Shown: one piece after another, positions 1 to 12,460 of the stretch | Layout of the letters: each line of letters begins with the position of its first letter | How positions within the stretch are numbered: the first letter of the stretch is position 1 | Assembly: GCF_964213995.1 (NCBI RefSeq) | Contig: NW_027590140.1 | Location: forward strand, 930,001-994,000 | Origin: Mustelus asterias | Lineage: Eukaryota | Reading direction: 5' to 3' | DNA length: 64,000 nucleotides | Translations under genes and position numbers: made by a program | The notes under the pieces: model-generated | Told to the model about the DNA's origin: nothing | Seen by the model: only the letters and a program-made list of their open reading frames with translations | Database searches by the model: none

Positions 1-143
1 CGAACACAAAATGAGTAATGTCTGTCACTCAGCACGGGTAACTGGCTCAGCACCCACCGGCCTCACAGTGCTCCCAGCGATACAGAAAGTGAGATGTCTC
101 CTGAAGATTACCCCATTCCCATTTTACATTGCGGAGAGTGGCA

Positions 144-602
144 ATGCAGCTGCTCAGCACCTGGGTTGTGTGGGTAGGATGCATGACAGGTAATTCATGA
201 TTAAGTGCATTTCATCTTTTTTCTGATTTATCAAGCATGGTTCAAATCTTACCAACCTCTCGCCTGATCTGTTTCAGTGTGACTGCCATTTTTCCATATC
301 TGATTCATGCGGATTCTGTCACCCAGCTTCTCTCCTCAGATGCTCAGGCAGAAGGAGAAGCGGTGGCAATGACGTGTACCTATGACATCACAAAGAGGAG
401 TTACAGATTATATGGATACTGAGAGCGCCCAGAGTCTCAGCCTGAGTTAATCGTGTGGAAAAGGTCTGGGGCTCTAAATATCAAGCAGATTTTGCTATAA
501 TCCGTTTGGCTGCTGAACTCCACACCGGAACTAAATTCATCATCTTAATCATCTCGTGTCTGCAGCTGACTGAGCCGGCGACTATTAATGCACTTTCAAT
601 CT
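144..602 (+). pseudogene. TCR alpha/delta-type V pseudogene (leader 144-189, V exon 298-602)
   Basis: Leader MQLLSTWVVWVGCMT+G|gt. V reads DSVTQLLSSDAQAEGEAVAMTCTY... with an in-frame stop, a frameshift, an acceptor AG->AT change and a degraded YYC. Followed by a 23-RSS. Confidence 0.85.
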
Positions 603-641
603 CACAGTAATAGAATACAGTCTTATCGCCGTCCAGAAACC
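603..641 (+). other. 23-spacer recombination signal sequence
   Basis: cacagta + 23 nt + ccagaaacc. Confidence 0.8.
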
Positions 642-920
642 ATAAGTGGCAGCGCTTGCCTGCTGCGGGTTGTTTAGAATCGGGGGAAGATACAGCTTCA
701 ATGAGCGGCGCCGCCGTCGGACACAGCGAGAGGAAACCAGATTAACCTCCGATCAAACTGTCACTCAACCGTTACGAGGAGCGGCTGAGAAAACAAACTG
801 GCGAACCAATGGGACAGAGGCACAACACAGAATCTTATTTGAAATCATACACTCTCTTTCCAAGCCTCAACAAACCTCGGTCTTGTGAGATCTGTCAGGG
901 GTGAATACAAGCATCCAAAC

Positions 921-1237
921 AGAGTGGCACAGTGGTTAGCACTGCTGCCTCAGAGCACCAGGCTTATGGGTTCGATTCCAGACTTGGGTCTCTGTCTGTG
1001 TGGCGATTGTACATTCTCACAGTGCCTGAGCGGGTTTCCTCCAAGTGCTCCGGTTTCCTCCCACAGTCCAAAAATCCGTGGGTTAGGTTAATTGGCCATG
1101 CTGAATTGCTCTTTATTGCCTTGGCTGTGTCGGCTAAAGGGCTGTTTGAGGTCGTGGAATAAGGCCCAAGGTGGGATTGTTGTCGGTGCAGACTTGATGG
1201 GCCGAATGGTCTCCTGCACAGTCGGGTTTCTGTGATT
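921..1237 (+). mobile_element. HE1-like tRNA-derived SINE
   Basis: A/B boxes (ggcacagtggttagcactgctgcctca...gggttcgattcc), V-SINE-like core and CR1-like tail (gggccgaatgg...). Multiple copies in the window. Confidence 0.8.
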
Positions 1238-2779
1238 CATTCCCGGCTGGGCTGCAGACAAATTCCCTGCAGGGGGAATGGATCGGCTGTTGCAGCGGTG
1301 GCAATGGAAGCCTGATCCGTCAATGAGCAACGGTTCAAAATGTAAAATAAGTGCAGGCTTTCGAATCAAATTTTTTGCGCTCACAAATCATTTACACTAC
1401 ATCTGTGCAGCAATAACTCGCACAAATTTCTAGATTAATTTGAGAACTCCGTATGTACAGTAATATCCATCATGTTGGCATGACCACTGCAACAGATCAA
1501 TCACTAAATTACATGAGAATGAGGAGGGTCATTTGTTAATCTTAACTCACCAATTCTGGAATTCCCAAGAGTCTCTATTATTTCCTTAAGGGTAACTGTC
1601 CATTTTGTTGCTTTTCAAATGTGTCACTTCGAATAGATTCCATTGCAAGTGATGACCACGATCAGTGTAACGAATTGTCTCCTATCTGAGCCCCAATTTT
1701 ACCTTTTACTCGACTGGACCTATGTAAATTTACCGCCCCTACAGCTGAATTTAAGGTAGAACTCAGGCTCAACCCTTTCCAGACCCAATGCTACTTTGGC
1801 TATTTAGGCTTTGTTTAGGTATTTATGTTTTCTTACTTCCTGCAACGCTGCTTCGATATGATTCGTTTCTTTTTCCCCTTTACACCTGTTTCTCTAATTT
1901 TTCCTCCAACCCCTCTGACATACCGTTCTCTCCCCCGACCAATGCATTCCTATGTTCCCAAGCTTCCTCATACTCTCTCCCTCGCAAAATCTGTCCGTAT
2001 CGATTCCAGTTTCTGGGCTCCTTCATTATTGGAATAAGAAACAGAGTTCCCTTTGGCCATCCAACCCTGCCATTTGTTCCTCAATCATTTGCCATAATGT
2101 TTCCAAATAGACCGTTGTTTTTCTTTATTCTACCTGACAATGTGAATGACCTTCTTTTTTTCTGAATTATGTTCCTGTTTACCACTTCCTTCCCGAGTCG
2201 CTCAACAACCCGCTGTCCTTTTGCAATTCATTGTGTCTCTTAGTTTATAACCCAATTCACTCCATATTTCCAGAACGTTAGTACATGTTACACGTGGTCC
2301 TTCTCCATATGAATAAAATACAAATGGAACTCAGCGGTTCAAAAAGTCGGCACATCAATATCATTTGCTGCTTCAATTGGGATGAGCAACAATTGTGACT
2401 TTGCCAGAAACGCCGAGAAAACTTGAAGATGTTTAAAAAGGAACCATGGGGAGGGATGGGACGCGGTGGGGAAGGCGGGGAGGGAAGTGGTGGTCGGGGA
2501 GAGAGAACTTGTACTTGAGTCACACTATCCCACTATCCTGATAGTGAGACTAACGGAATTATCGAGAGCAAATTGACAAAGCGATTTGAACAATCTGAAT
2601 TCCGTATCACAATCAGCAGACGAGGAATTATTCCCTAACCCGGGTCCGAATCCGAAACCATTCACTCCGTAGGGATAGTGATCTGAATCCAGCTCAGGGT
2701 GTTTCTAATTCCTGTCTACTATCTCACCACCCACCGTCTCACAGCACCATGGCGAGGAACTGAGGCTACAGCATCTTGA

Positions 2780-2900
2780 GACTAAAAGAGAAAATGTTGG
2801 AAAATCACAGCAGGTCTGACACCATCTGTAAGGAGAGAAAAGAGCCGACGTTTCGAGTCCAGATGACCCTATGTCAAAGCTAAAAGGCATAGAAAGTGGG
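2780..2900 (+). repeat. Short interspersed repeat, probably Penelope-derived terminal repeat (gaaaatgctggaaaatctcagcaggtctggcagcatctg family)
   Basis: The same motif recurs at about 13740, 22940, 29240, 47585, 58410 and 59355. Confidence 0.55.
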
Positions 2901-3132
2901 AGATGTTTATCTTGCAGGGTGAGAGAAAGAAAGATGAGTCTTGGCGACAGAAACCAGGGGAAGAGGCTGCTAATGGCGGTCCATTGAAATAATAAAAGGC
3001 GTGAATGGCCAAAAGGCAGAGAAACTGAAATCAGAGGGAAGATTAATGTAGGTGAAATTTAAAACGGGTGTCTAAATTTCCAATCCCGCCCCCCCTCCCC
3101 CCCTCCTCCGTTTCATAGAGTATGCAACGACA

Positions 3133-3571
3133 ATGCAGCTACTCAGCATACGTTGTGTGGGACGCATTCCTTACAGGTTATTGCGGACCAAGCATACTTC
3201 ACCTTTTCTCTAATTTTCCACGCATGGATTAAATCAGATTTTAATCCGCTGCCCGTTTTATGTTTTTAATTCTAATATAACTTTTCAGATCAGGCTCATG
3301 GAGAGTTTGCCATTCAGCCTCTATCATCAGACGTAAAGACAGATGGGGACGCGGTGACATTGACGTGTAACTATGAAACTACTGAAACTGATTATGCATT
3401 ACACTGGAGCCAACAATACCCGGGTGCATAGCTCGAATTATGAGTATAAAGCAGACTTTACGAAAAACCGTTTCTATGCCGAGCTAAAAAACGCTATTAA
3501 ATTCACCAGTGTAACGATCTCGGGCCTGTAACTCACTGACGCTGCTCTATATTACTGTGCTTTGTAAGTGT
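3133..3571 (+). pseudogene. TCR alpha/delta-type V pseudogene (degenerate leader about 3133-3176, V exon 3289-3571)
   Basis: Reads ...DGDAVTLTCNYETTETDYALHWSQQYPGA*... NRFYAEL...LTDAALYYCAL*, with several stops and an internal deletion. Paralogue of the V at 144. Confidence 0.85.
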
Positions 3572-3610
3572 CACAATGATGAAAAGTAATCTTACCCCTG
3601 TCCAAAAGCT
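3572..3610 (+). other. 23-spacer RSS
   Basis: cacaatg + 23 nt + ccaaaagct. Confidence 0.75.
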
Positions 3611-4224
3611 ATCTTTGGATAGTAGCTGGGAAATCCTGTGTGTTAGAATTTGGGTGGAATCTCGGGCAGATGCAGCCACGCTGAGCAACGACTCTGTCAG
3701 AGGCTCAAACACACACCTAGAGGAAACCAAATTAACTTCGGACCAAACTGTCACCCAACTGTTTCCAGGAGCGGTGGAGAAAACCAAACCAATGGACAGG
3801 CAGACACAAAACAGAATCATAATTAATGACATCCGTTCTAACGCCACCCTCACTATTTGCAGCTGCGTTAGTATGATGAGTGCTGAGTTGGTAATTAGTT
3901 AATCGCACCATCCCAAACTGAGATACAATTTCCCTACTTGAGTAATAATTCTGTGATTGAAGATCAGAAGGTGAATGAAATGCTGCCCTCATAATGGTCA
4001 ACAACAGTCAAAGAAATGGACAAGGAAAATATTCCAGCATTGCGAGATAGCAGGAAGGATAATGGAAACTGAGGGAAATCACAAATTCCGTTGGTTTTAA
4101 ACACCCTTCATTAGCTTGTAAAATCTCCTGATTGTGTATAAACTGTGCCTGATACAGCAACATACTTTGATCAAAAATACTCTGTGAAAATAATGTGTCG
4201 CGTGGGGGTGTAGAGTGTATTTAA

Positions 4225-5097
4225 CTTCCAACCCATCTTCCTTCCAACTCGTTTTTCAAGTTTGCTGCTGACACCACCGTAGTGGTTCGGATCTCAAACA
4301 ATGATGCGACAGAGCACAGGAAAGAGATTGAGAATCTGGTAAACTGTTGCAACGGCAATAACCTCTCCCACAATGTCAACAAGACGAAGGAGAGAGTCAT
4401 CGACTTCAGGAAGCGTAGTGGAGAACATGCCTCTGCCTACACAAACGCGGACGAAGTGGAAATGGTGGAGAGCTTCAAGTTACTAGATGTCCAGATCACC
4501 AACAACCTGTCCTGGTTCCCTCATGCAGACGCTATAGTAAAGAATGCCTCTACTTTCTCAGAAGGCGAAGGAAATTTGCCATGTTTGATCCGACTCTCAC
4601 AAACGTTTACAGATACTCCATAGAAAACATTTTTTTCTGGTTGTATTAGGGCTTGGTAAGTCTCCTCCCAAGACCAAGACCGCAAAAAGCTACAAAGGAT
4701 TGTGAATGAAGCCGAGCCCAACACTCAAACCAGCCTCCCACCCATTGACTCTCTGAATTTCCCGCTGCCTTGGGAAAGCAGCCAGTATATTCAAGGACCC
4801 CACGCACTCGAGATATTCAGTCTTCCACCTTATTTCATTGGGAAAATGATACAGACGTCTGAGGGCAAGTACCAATTGACTCAAGAACAGCTTCTTCCTT
4901 GCTGCCATCAGACTTCTAAATGGACCTACCTCATATTAAGTTGATCTTTCTCTACACCCTAGCTATGACTGTAACACTATATTCTGCACTCTCTCATTTC
5001 CTTCTCTATCAACGGTACGCTTTGTCTGTATAGCACGCAAGAAAAATACTTTTCTCTGTATGCACACATGTGACAATAATAAACCAAGTCAAATCAC
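4225..5097 (+). mobile_element. Rex1/Babar-like LINE, 3' fragment
   Basis: [31 protein letters not shown]...NVNKTKE RT motif and aataaa-(caaat)n tail. Same family as the element at 32670. Confidence 0.75.
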
Positions 5098-6239
5098 TTC
5101 ATCATTATTCATTTGGATTTCAGGCCTTAATTCAGGCAATAGAATACAATTTAGCCACGTATGTGATGAAAACCTATTAAGTAACCGAAGTTACACGTAG
5201 AATCCAACAGTTAGTGGAAGAATGGATGTCAATACCGAAGGAGGTTTTGAATTATGATAAGGATGAGGGGTGATGCGGATCAATTCCCATAATGCTGCCT
5301 GATACTGCTGTTCTCCAGCTCTAGACTCCTCAGTCCGAGTGGAAATACATGTCCCACACCAATGCACAACTGTTCGTAAGACAGAGACAGCAACCTCTCC
5401 AATAACACAGGTCAGGGAGGACAGAACAAAACGAGAACAACAAACTGAAGTTATTGGCAGAGGAGCCAAAAAGGGATGAAGAGAGATATATATTTTAAAA
5501 ATGTGTTTCTTGACGTTGACTTTCTTTTGAAATATAGTTTCCAGATGCTTATCGCTGGGGGGATGGACAACGGATTCATTTTATTCAGCACTGTATCCCA
5601 AACCATCACTGCGACCACACCAAAAAATCAACTCAGAGGTTCAAGTGCAAAAATTGATAACATAAAATGGCATTTTTTCTGCATCACCCAGAAGAGGAAG
5701 ATAGTACCCACAGGCCATACATTACACAAAAAATGAAAACAATTGCATGATGCAACAGATGAATTACGAAGAATTGTGGCCGCTTAGATCAGCGAGGACC
5801 AAATTGGTCAGTCAGTGTTGTGCATTCCCAAATGCTGATTGTCATGTTTTGCGTGCTATTCGTTTCCTGTCATGGTGAAGTGTTTCTAGAATTGCTATTT
5901 TCTCTGTTTTATTCTGCTATCACCGCCTCACAGCACCTCTTCTCCAACTCTCGCACATAGCGAGCGCACAAAACGCTATGAAAAATATTGTAGCTGAAAA
6001 TATCGAGGTTCACGGTCATCCCGAGAAAGTAATATTTTGGCGAAGTCTTAGACCGATAGCTTTTTGAATTCCCTTGTTGAGTCAATGATTGAACAGGCTC
6101 ATCATATCCGTCTTTCACCTTGCTTCGCTACATTGCAATACATGACAGTGTCTGCAAACTGAATCATACTGACAATTAGATTGCTGGAACCTATATTACC
6201 GCCCACAGGTGCTTGAAACATTCCCCCCCAATATTTTCA

Positions 6240-6815
6240 TAGAATCATAGAACCCTGCAGCACAGAAAGAGGCCATTCGGCCCATCGAATCTGCACCGAC
6301 CACAATCCCACCCAGGCCCTACCCCCATATCCCTACATATTTACCCACTAATCCCTCTAACCTACGCATCTCAGGACACTAAGGGCAATTTTAGCATGGC
6401 CAATCAACCTAACCCGCACATCTTTGGAGTGTCAACCTGCATATTGTATATGAAAATATTATAGAATCCCTCCAGTGCAGAAGGAAGCCATTCGGACAAT
6501 CAAGTCTCCACCAACCTTCTGACAGAATGTCTTACACAAGCCCTCGCCCCCAAACTATCCCCGTAACCCCACACATTCAGCATGTCTAATCCATCTAACT
6601 ACTCATCTTGGGACCCGAAGAGACTTTTTGTTATCATGGCCAATCCACCTGACTTGCACATGTTTGGACAGTGGGAGAAAATCGGAGCAACCGGAAGAAA
6701 CCCACCCAGACACGGGAAGGATGCGCAAAATCTGCACAGACAATCACCCAAGGCCAGACGCGAATCCAAGTCCCGGGTACTATTAAGCAGCAGGGTTAAC
6801 CACTGTGGGACCATG
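6240..6815 (-). mobile_element. Two HE1-like SINE copies (6240-6430 partial, 6460-6815)
   Basis: Reverse-complement similarity to the SINEs at 921 and 17521. Confidence 0.7.
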
Positions 6816-8262
6816 GCATCCTCTGGAGATGCTCGCAAGACACATAAAAACAATTGTTCATTTTCGCAAATATACACCACCTGCCTCTTCACGACACTTC
6901 ACATGCACGTGGCCATGAACGTTCAAGGTATTATTTGAACTTAAATTCGAATTATGCTCATTTGACATTTTAATCATTTGGGCCACACGAGGCAGTTTGG
7001 TGAAGTAACTCTGGAAATCTTTAATACTTTGTGGATACCTATTAAATACAGGGCGGGACTTAGCTAGCGTGCTAAGGCTAGTTTGTCCTTGGGCGCAGGT
7101 TGACACTCAGTCTCTCTCTTCCCGTAACCTCACCTTTCCTTTGGACAGCAGTCACTTGCTGCAGAAAGTGCTCAGTGAAAGTTTATGCCGATTAACTCAT
7201 TCCAAGGTAGAACCCACAGGTGACCAATGAAGTTATTGCATCACAATTAGCCTAGGTTGGCAGGGGCTAATTCTTAATTGCCCGACGGGGTGCGTTAGCA
7301 ATTTGTGATTGGTCTGGGTGGGCAGTTAGCAATTGGGTTCTCGATGGTGATGGTTGTCTATTAATGCAATTTCCCATTGTGCCCTGACTGGCCCTCTAAG
7401 TATTAATTACTCGTGGAACCATCCCTCTCATGAACAGAATGTTCCCTTGCCCTTTTGTTAAGGATGCGGGGAATTTGCTGTCTTGTCGCCATGATTGATA
7501 TCTTGAGCTGATCGTCTCAAAACCTCATTTAATTGATTTGCGTCAGACCCCTTTCAGCGACTCTATGTTTTGAATTTCGATGTTACTTTTCTCTATGATT
7601 TCGTGAAATAAGTTTCTTTACGTTTAAAACAAAAAATATGAAATGGTAAATTTGCTTATATCCTTAAATGCAATGAAGATATTTACAAATTACAAATATA
7701 AAATATATTGCTATTTATAGTATGTAAATGAGTGTACTTTTCATGTCTGCATTTACTAGATATAACACAGCAAGCAATATCTCATAATATTGAGTCAGGG
7801 AATGTCTCATTGATCTACAGGAAGTCATTAAAACTGGACCTTAGCAACGTGTTTTTGATCAGACAACTACTTTCCAAATGATGCTTGTGTCGCTTCAATC
7901 GGTGCTTGGTCTGAGTTCATTAAAAAATCAGAATTGCTTTGTAACATTACAAAGTTACGCAAGTTACACTAAGTCTAACCAAAATACATATCAACGCTTG
8001 AAAGTGATTGGTCTGCTAAACATAGTACAGTACATTCAACTCACAGATATCAAAACTTAAAAGAATGACAGCGTTTTAAATTCTAAACTTGAAAAAAAAC
8101 AAAGAGTTACATGGTGTGAAATAAAGTGACTTGCCTTAAACATGACGAGTTAAACTGCACTAAATCAATGCACAAAACTGAATGTTTTTTTAAATTTTAA
8201 GGCCACCAGTTCTTTACCTTGTGTCAAGTTTGAGTGCGAAGCGACAACCAAGTCATGTGCAG

Positions 8263-10790
8263 TCACCTTTTCCATTGTTTAAAGTAACCAGTGATAATGG
8301 AGAAGGGACACAGAAGCACCTTCTTCAGCTCCCCTCGGAATTTGGTCTGGGCCACAGAGTAGATGAAGACGTTATTGCAGGAACTGAGTAATTGAAGCAT
8401 GTTGGTCGTCTCCTGAAAGATGTATTCTGGGTCATTGAAATCTAAGCTGTTGAAGTAGCTCTCGCCTGTCATCTGCACATAGAGGAAATGTCCGAAGTAA
8501 GTCACCCACATGACGAGGAAGCTGAGGGAGATGGCAAAGAGCAGGACAATTGACTTCTTGCGGTTGGCCATCTCAGGGTCTTCCTGACTTTCGGAGCTCC
8601 GGAGCCGCCTTCGGGCTCTGCTCGCAGCTAAGATGTGTCTTACAGTCAGAGCGTTGAGCAAAAGGATGAGGATGAACGGGAGAAAAGGGGTTAAGACATG
8701 ATCCAGCCAGTCAAAGGCCTGCCACGTCGGCGAGGTACTGAAGCTGGTCTTGATATCACAGAACCAGGCCACCCCATCCATGGTGAATAATGGTTGGTAG
8801 GTGAAATAGAATGGAATGTTCTTGATGCAGCTCAGGGCACAGACTATGCCGATAACCAACAAGGCCGTTTTCTCTGTGCAGTATCTTATTTTCAGCTTCT
8901 GCCAGCAGATGGCCACATAACGATCAATGGTGAAAGCCACTGTCAGCCAGACTGATCCATCCAGGCTGATAGAACCCAGAATCATGGTGTGCGCGCATAT
9001 TGGGTGAGTGAAAAGCACACTGTAGCCAAAGTAGATCCGTCCAATCCGGTTCAGGATGACACCAGTGATGATGACAAAGAAATCACTAACTGCTATCGCT
9101 ACCAGATAGTAGGTGATGCACCGGGAGAGTCCACACCGACCTCGGGATAAGATTATAATCGCCAAAACGTTGGCTGTGAGAGATAAGAAGAGAGAGATGT
9201 TGCTGAGCAGACGACAAATTCGATGTGCTTACTAATGCAATTGGTTATCAAATCCTTCCTGATCCGTCTCTTTGTTACCTCGAGACTCGGACTATTCGGA
9301 ACTATTTTGTAATTTTTCAAAATTTAGCACTGGATTAAACATTTCCAAAACAGGAGACATTTCTATCAGTCCCAGTCCGAACTCCAATCTCTTGTCAGTG
9401 TGCCAATGCCCAGAGCTCGCTACCCAACAGGGCAGGCGATGGCCTATTATTGTTAGAAATTAATGTAGAAATGTAACTAAAGATCTGGGGACCTGAGTTC
9501 GAATCCCCACAGGGAAGATGGTGGCATTTGAAATCAGTGTTAAAGTAATCTGGAATTAAGAATATACTTATTGCCATGAAACAATTATTGTTTGTTGGAA
9601 AAAAAATCTGGTTCACTAATGTCCTTAGGAAAGGAAATCTGCTGTCCTTATCTGGTCTGGCCTACATGTAACACCTAAGCCACAACAGCGTGTTCAGCTC
9701 TCAACTGCGTTCTGAAATGGCCTATCAAGCCACTCAGTTCATGTGCGACTAGGGGTGGGTAATAAATGCTGACTAGCCAACGACGCCATGTCCCACGAAT
9801 GAATTTTTTAAAAAACTTAAACTCGTCCAAAATACGCGCGTCAAACCTCGTATCTCTTGCAAGATGATTTTCATTGGCCTCATTTGTAAATCTCCCTTTC
9901 ATTAATCTTTTGCTTTGAATATTAAATACCTCCACTCTCTCACCATCCCACCGCTACAACTATCTGAGATCACAGCATTTCTCCAATCATATATTTTGTA
10001 TGTCCCCTCATATTAATCCCTCCATCGGTGATGGTTATTCCTTTCTTCAATTTTCTACATGCTATTTGGAATACGACGTTAACAATGGAGTCTGCCCGGT
10101 GGGATCTCACTGCACTGAAACCATTGCATCCTTCTAGCAATCGCACAGTCAATTCATGTGATCACTGAATGCATCTTTTTTTTCCACAATTCATGTACTA
10201 GATGGTTGAACTGTGATAATTTATTCCCCACACTGCAATAATATCAGTGCTCGAAAATGTAAGTTGCTACATTGCCAAAGCTCATATTCATGGTAAGATC
10301 CGTTGCTCCGAATTTTTCATAGTAACTTCGTTGCAGTGTTAATGTAGGCCTATGTGACAATAATGAATAAACTTGAACTTTAAATTTTAAATAACACTAA
10401 AACAGTAGGTTACATTTAGTAAATTAGAATAAAAGCCAAATTTCAACAATAAAATAAATCAGTGTTCATACAAAGTCATACACTTCAGCTAGTGATTTAA
10501 TAAATGGTATTTCTATGAATGTGCAGCTAAATAAATAAAATGCTATATTGTAAGCTTCATAATGTAAGTGCAACGAATGCACGGTAATTCATCATAAACG
10601 CGGTTGAAAGCACAGACGGTGCAGAAAATTAGAAAAAATAAGCTCGATTCTTAAAGAAGAGAAAAAAGAAATGTGTAGATTCAGAGAAAATAAATAATGA
10701 AATTTGGATTCATTACTTACCAGGGGCACCAATAACAGCGAGGATGGGATAGGAAATGGCAAAGAAGAGTCCATTCGCTGGCCCGTGCAT
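8263..10790 (-). CDS. Intact two-exon class A orphan GPCR, GPR139/GPR142-like (exon 1 10790-10721, exon 2 9173-8263; 326 aa)
   Basis: Exon 1 is MHGPANGLFFAISYPILAVIGAP+G|gtaagt. A phase-matched acceptor ctctcacag|CC continues as ANVLAIIILSRGRCGLSRC...AFTIDRYVAIC...LTPFLPF...DPEMANRKKSIVLLFAIS...LQLLSSCNNVFIY. Seven hydrophobic segments and no stops. Confidence 0.92.
9435..9810 (+). mobile_element. tRNA-derived SINE with L2-like tail (SacSINE1/Deu-like)
   Basis: B box gagttcgaatcc, and ggaaaggaaatctgctgtccttatctggtctggcctacatgt core. Related copies at about 24930(+), 26150(-) and 39000(-). Confidence 0.55.
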
Positions 10791-12460
10791 TGTCTATCAG
10801 AAACTAACGGAATTAGCAAAGCGAAGGTCATTCGATCTGCGACACATTCAAGGTGTCTCTCACTTATTCTGACTGAACGTCTCCGGAGGGACCATTACAT
10901 TGCAACATACACGTCAGTTACAGTTCGCCAAACAAACAGATGAAATCACAGTGTCATGCCTTCCATTTGTAACTTGCACAAGGGGGATGATTACATTTTA
11001 TTCATGGATGAACTGATGGCTGCGAACTTGTGGTCCAGCCACCCAGCCCCACCACAAGCCATGCCTTTATGTCTTCCTCAGGGAGAGATGCTGGTGTTAG
11101 ATATTTCCAACTCTGCCAACTTCCCAATCATTTCCTGCTTTCAGGTGTCAGGTTATGTCACGTGTGTGGTTTACTGGTAAGCATTTCAGTATTCCAGTCT
11201 TCAGTTTCATCTAAAAATGTTAACGATTTAATACTGAACTGTTTGAAAACTATTTTAGCTAACGGGGGCAGACAACGGAGCTGGAGACGATTGCATTAAA
11301 ATCCTGGGCCATTTTGAAGGTTCAGAATTCTTCATTGGTACTGCTAAACTGCAAATGCAGGAAGGACCTAACGGTACTCCGGATCAGAATTTCTGATGCA
11401 GCAACAATTGGTATAAGATAAACAGATATATATATTTTAGGTGAAATAAAAACTGAGGCATGGCAAGCGAATATCAAACCATGCGTAGTGGCAACTGAGA
11501 CGCTGGCAATTAAATGTAGAAAGATACACGCTCTGGGGTGACAATAAAGGAAGAAACCAAATGCGACGTGCACAGCGAAAGGAGTAAAATGATATTTAGT
11601 CTCGTACAGTAGCAATTAATCGGACCTATTTTAATACAAACTGAGATATACGTCGAATTCAGCAAGTAAGGTGTGGTCTTGTAGGCCTGACCTACTGAAA
11701 CGGAGGTACGACCTAATGTTGTAAAGACTGACGAGGTCACTATAGTTAATTCCTGGGCATGACACGGAACAGTGTAGTGAAAATAGGGACAAGGCCAACG
11801 CAATGCACAATGATATGTCGTCTCGTGCAATAATAACTGGGACGAGGCCGAGTCAATGTGATATGAAAGGAGACCTAGCTTACGTAAGAAGATGCATGAT
11901 CCAGTATAATATAAACAGCGATAAAGTCAAGTCAAAGAATGAACGGCGACATGTTCTAGAGTAGTACTAAGTAACAACCTCTAGTGTAATTGAAACAAAG
12001 GGATAGACTGGTGCAGTGACAACGGGGAAAGTGAAAACATAATGAAAACAGATGGAGGATCAACTTCGTTAACAGTTGTGATCGAGTTAATTGTCGTCCA
12101 GGTATAGATTGGAACTTGTGCAGTAATTTCTTGAATAGGTGACTGATGTATTAAGGCAGCATGCCATGGACGTGCATAATGATAAACAAGGTTTTCTGAA
12201 ACTGAGGCAGAGCTAGTGTAATAATCACGGGACCAGAGACGAGTAGAATAAAAAATGTCTATAGAAACGTGGAATTAATGTGATGATGACATTAATATGA
12301 TATTAGTACCAGGAGACAGGTACCAATGAAATCATGATGAAGGCTCGATCAACACTAACGGAGGCAGAGAGCTTAGTGTCATAATCAAGAAGGGGAATGC
12401 ACAATAATAATCAGAGGGTTTGTGAAATGCTAACAGAGGTTCAAATTCCAAATCCAACTT

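Noticed and set aside
5100-6120. Possible decayed class C GPCR (V2R-like) on the minus strand (ANN-FSLLFSF, LW..TPHPYHNSK, TVGF, FGY fragments)
   Set aside because: The motifs are scattered over frames with many stops and could be chance. It needs a frameshift-aware 7tm_3 HMM or tBLASTn hit.
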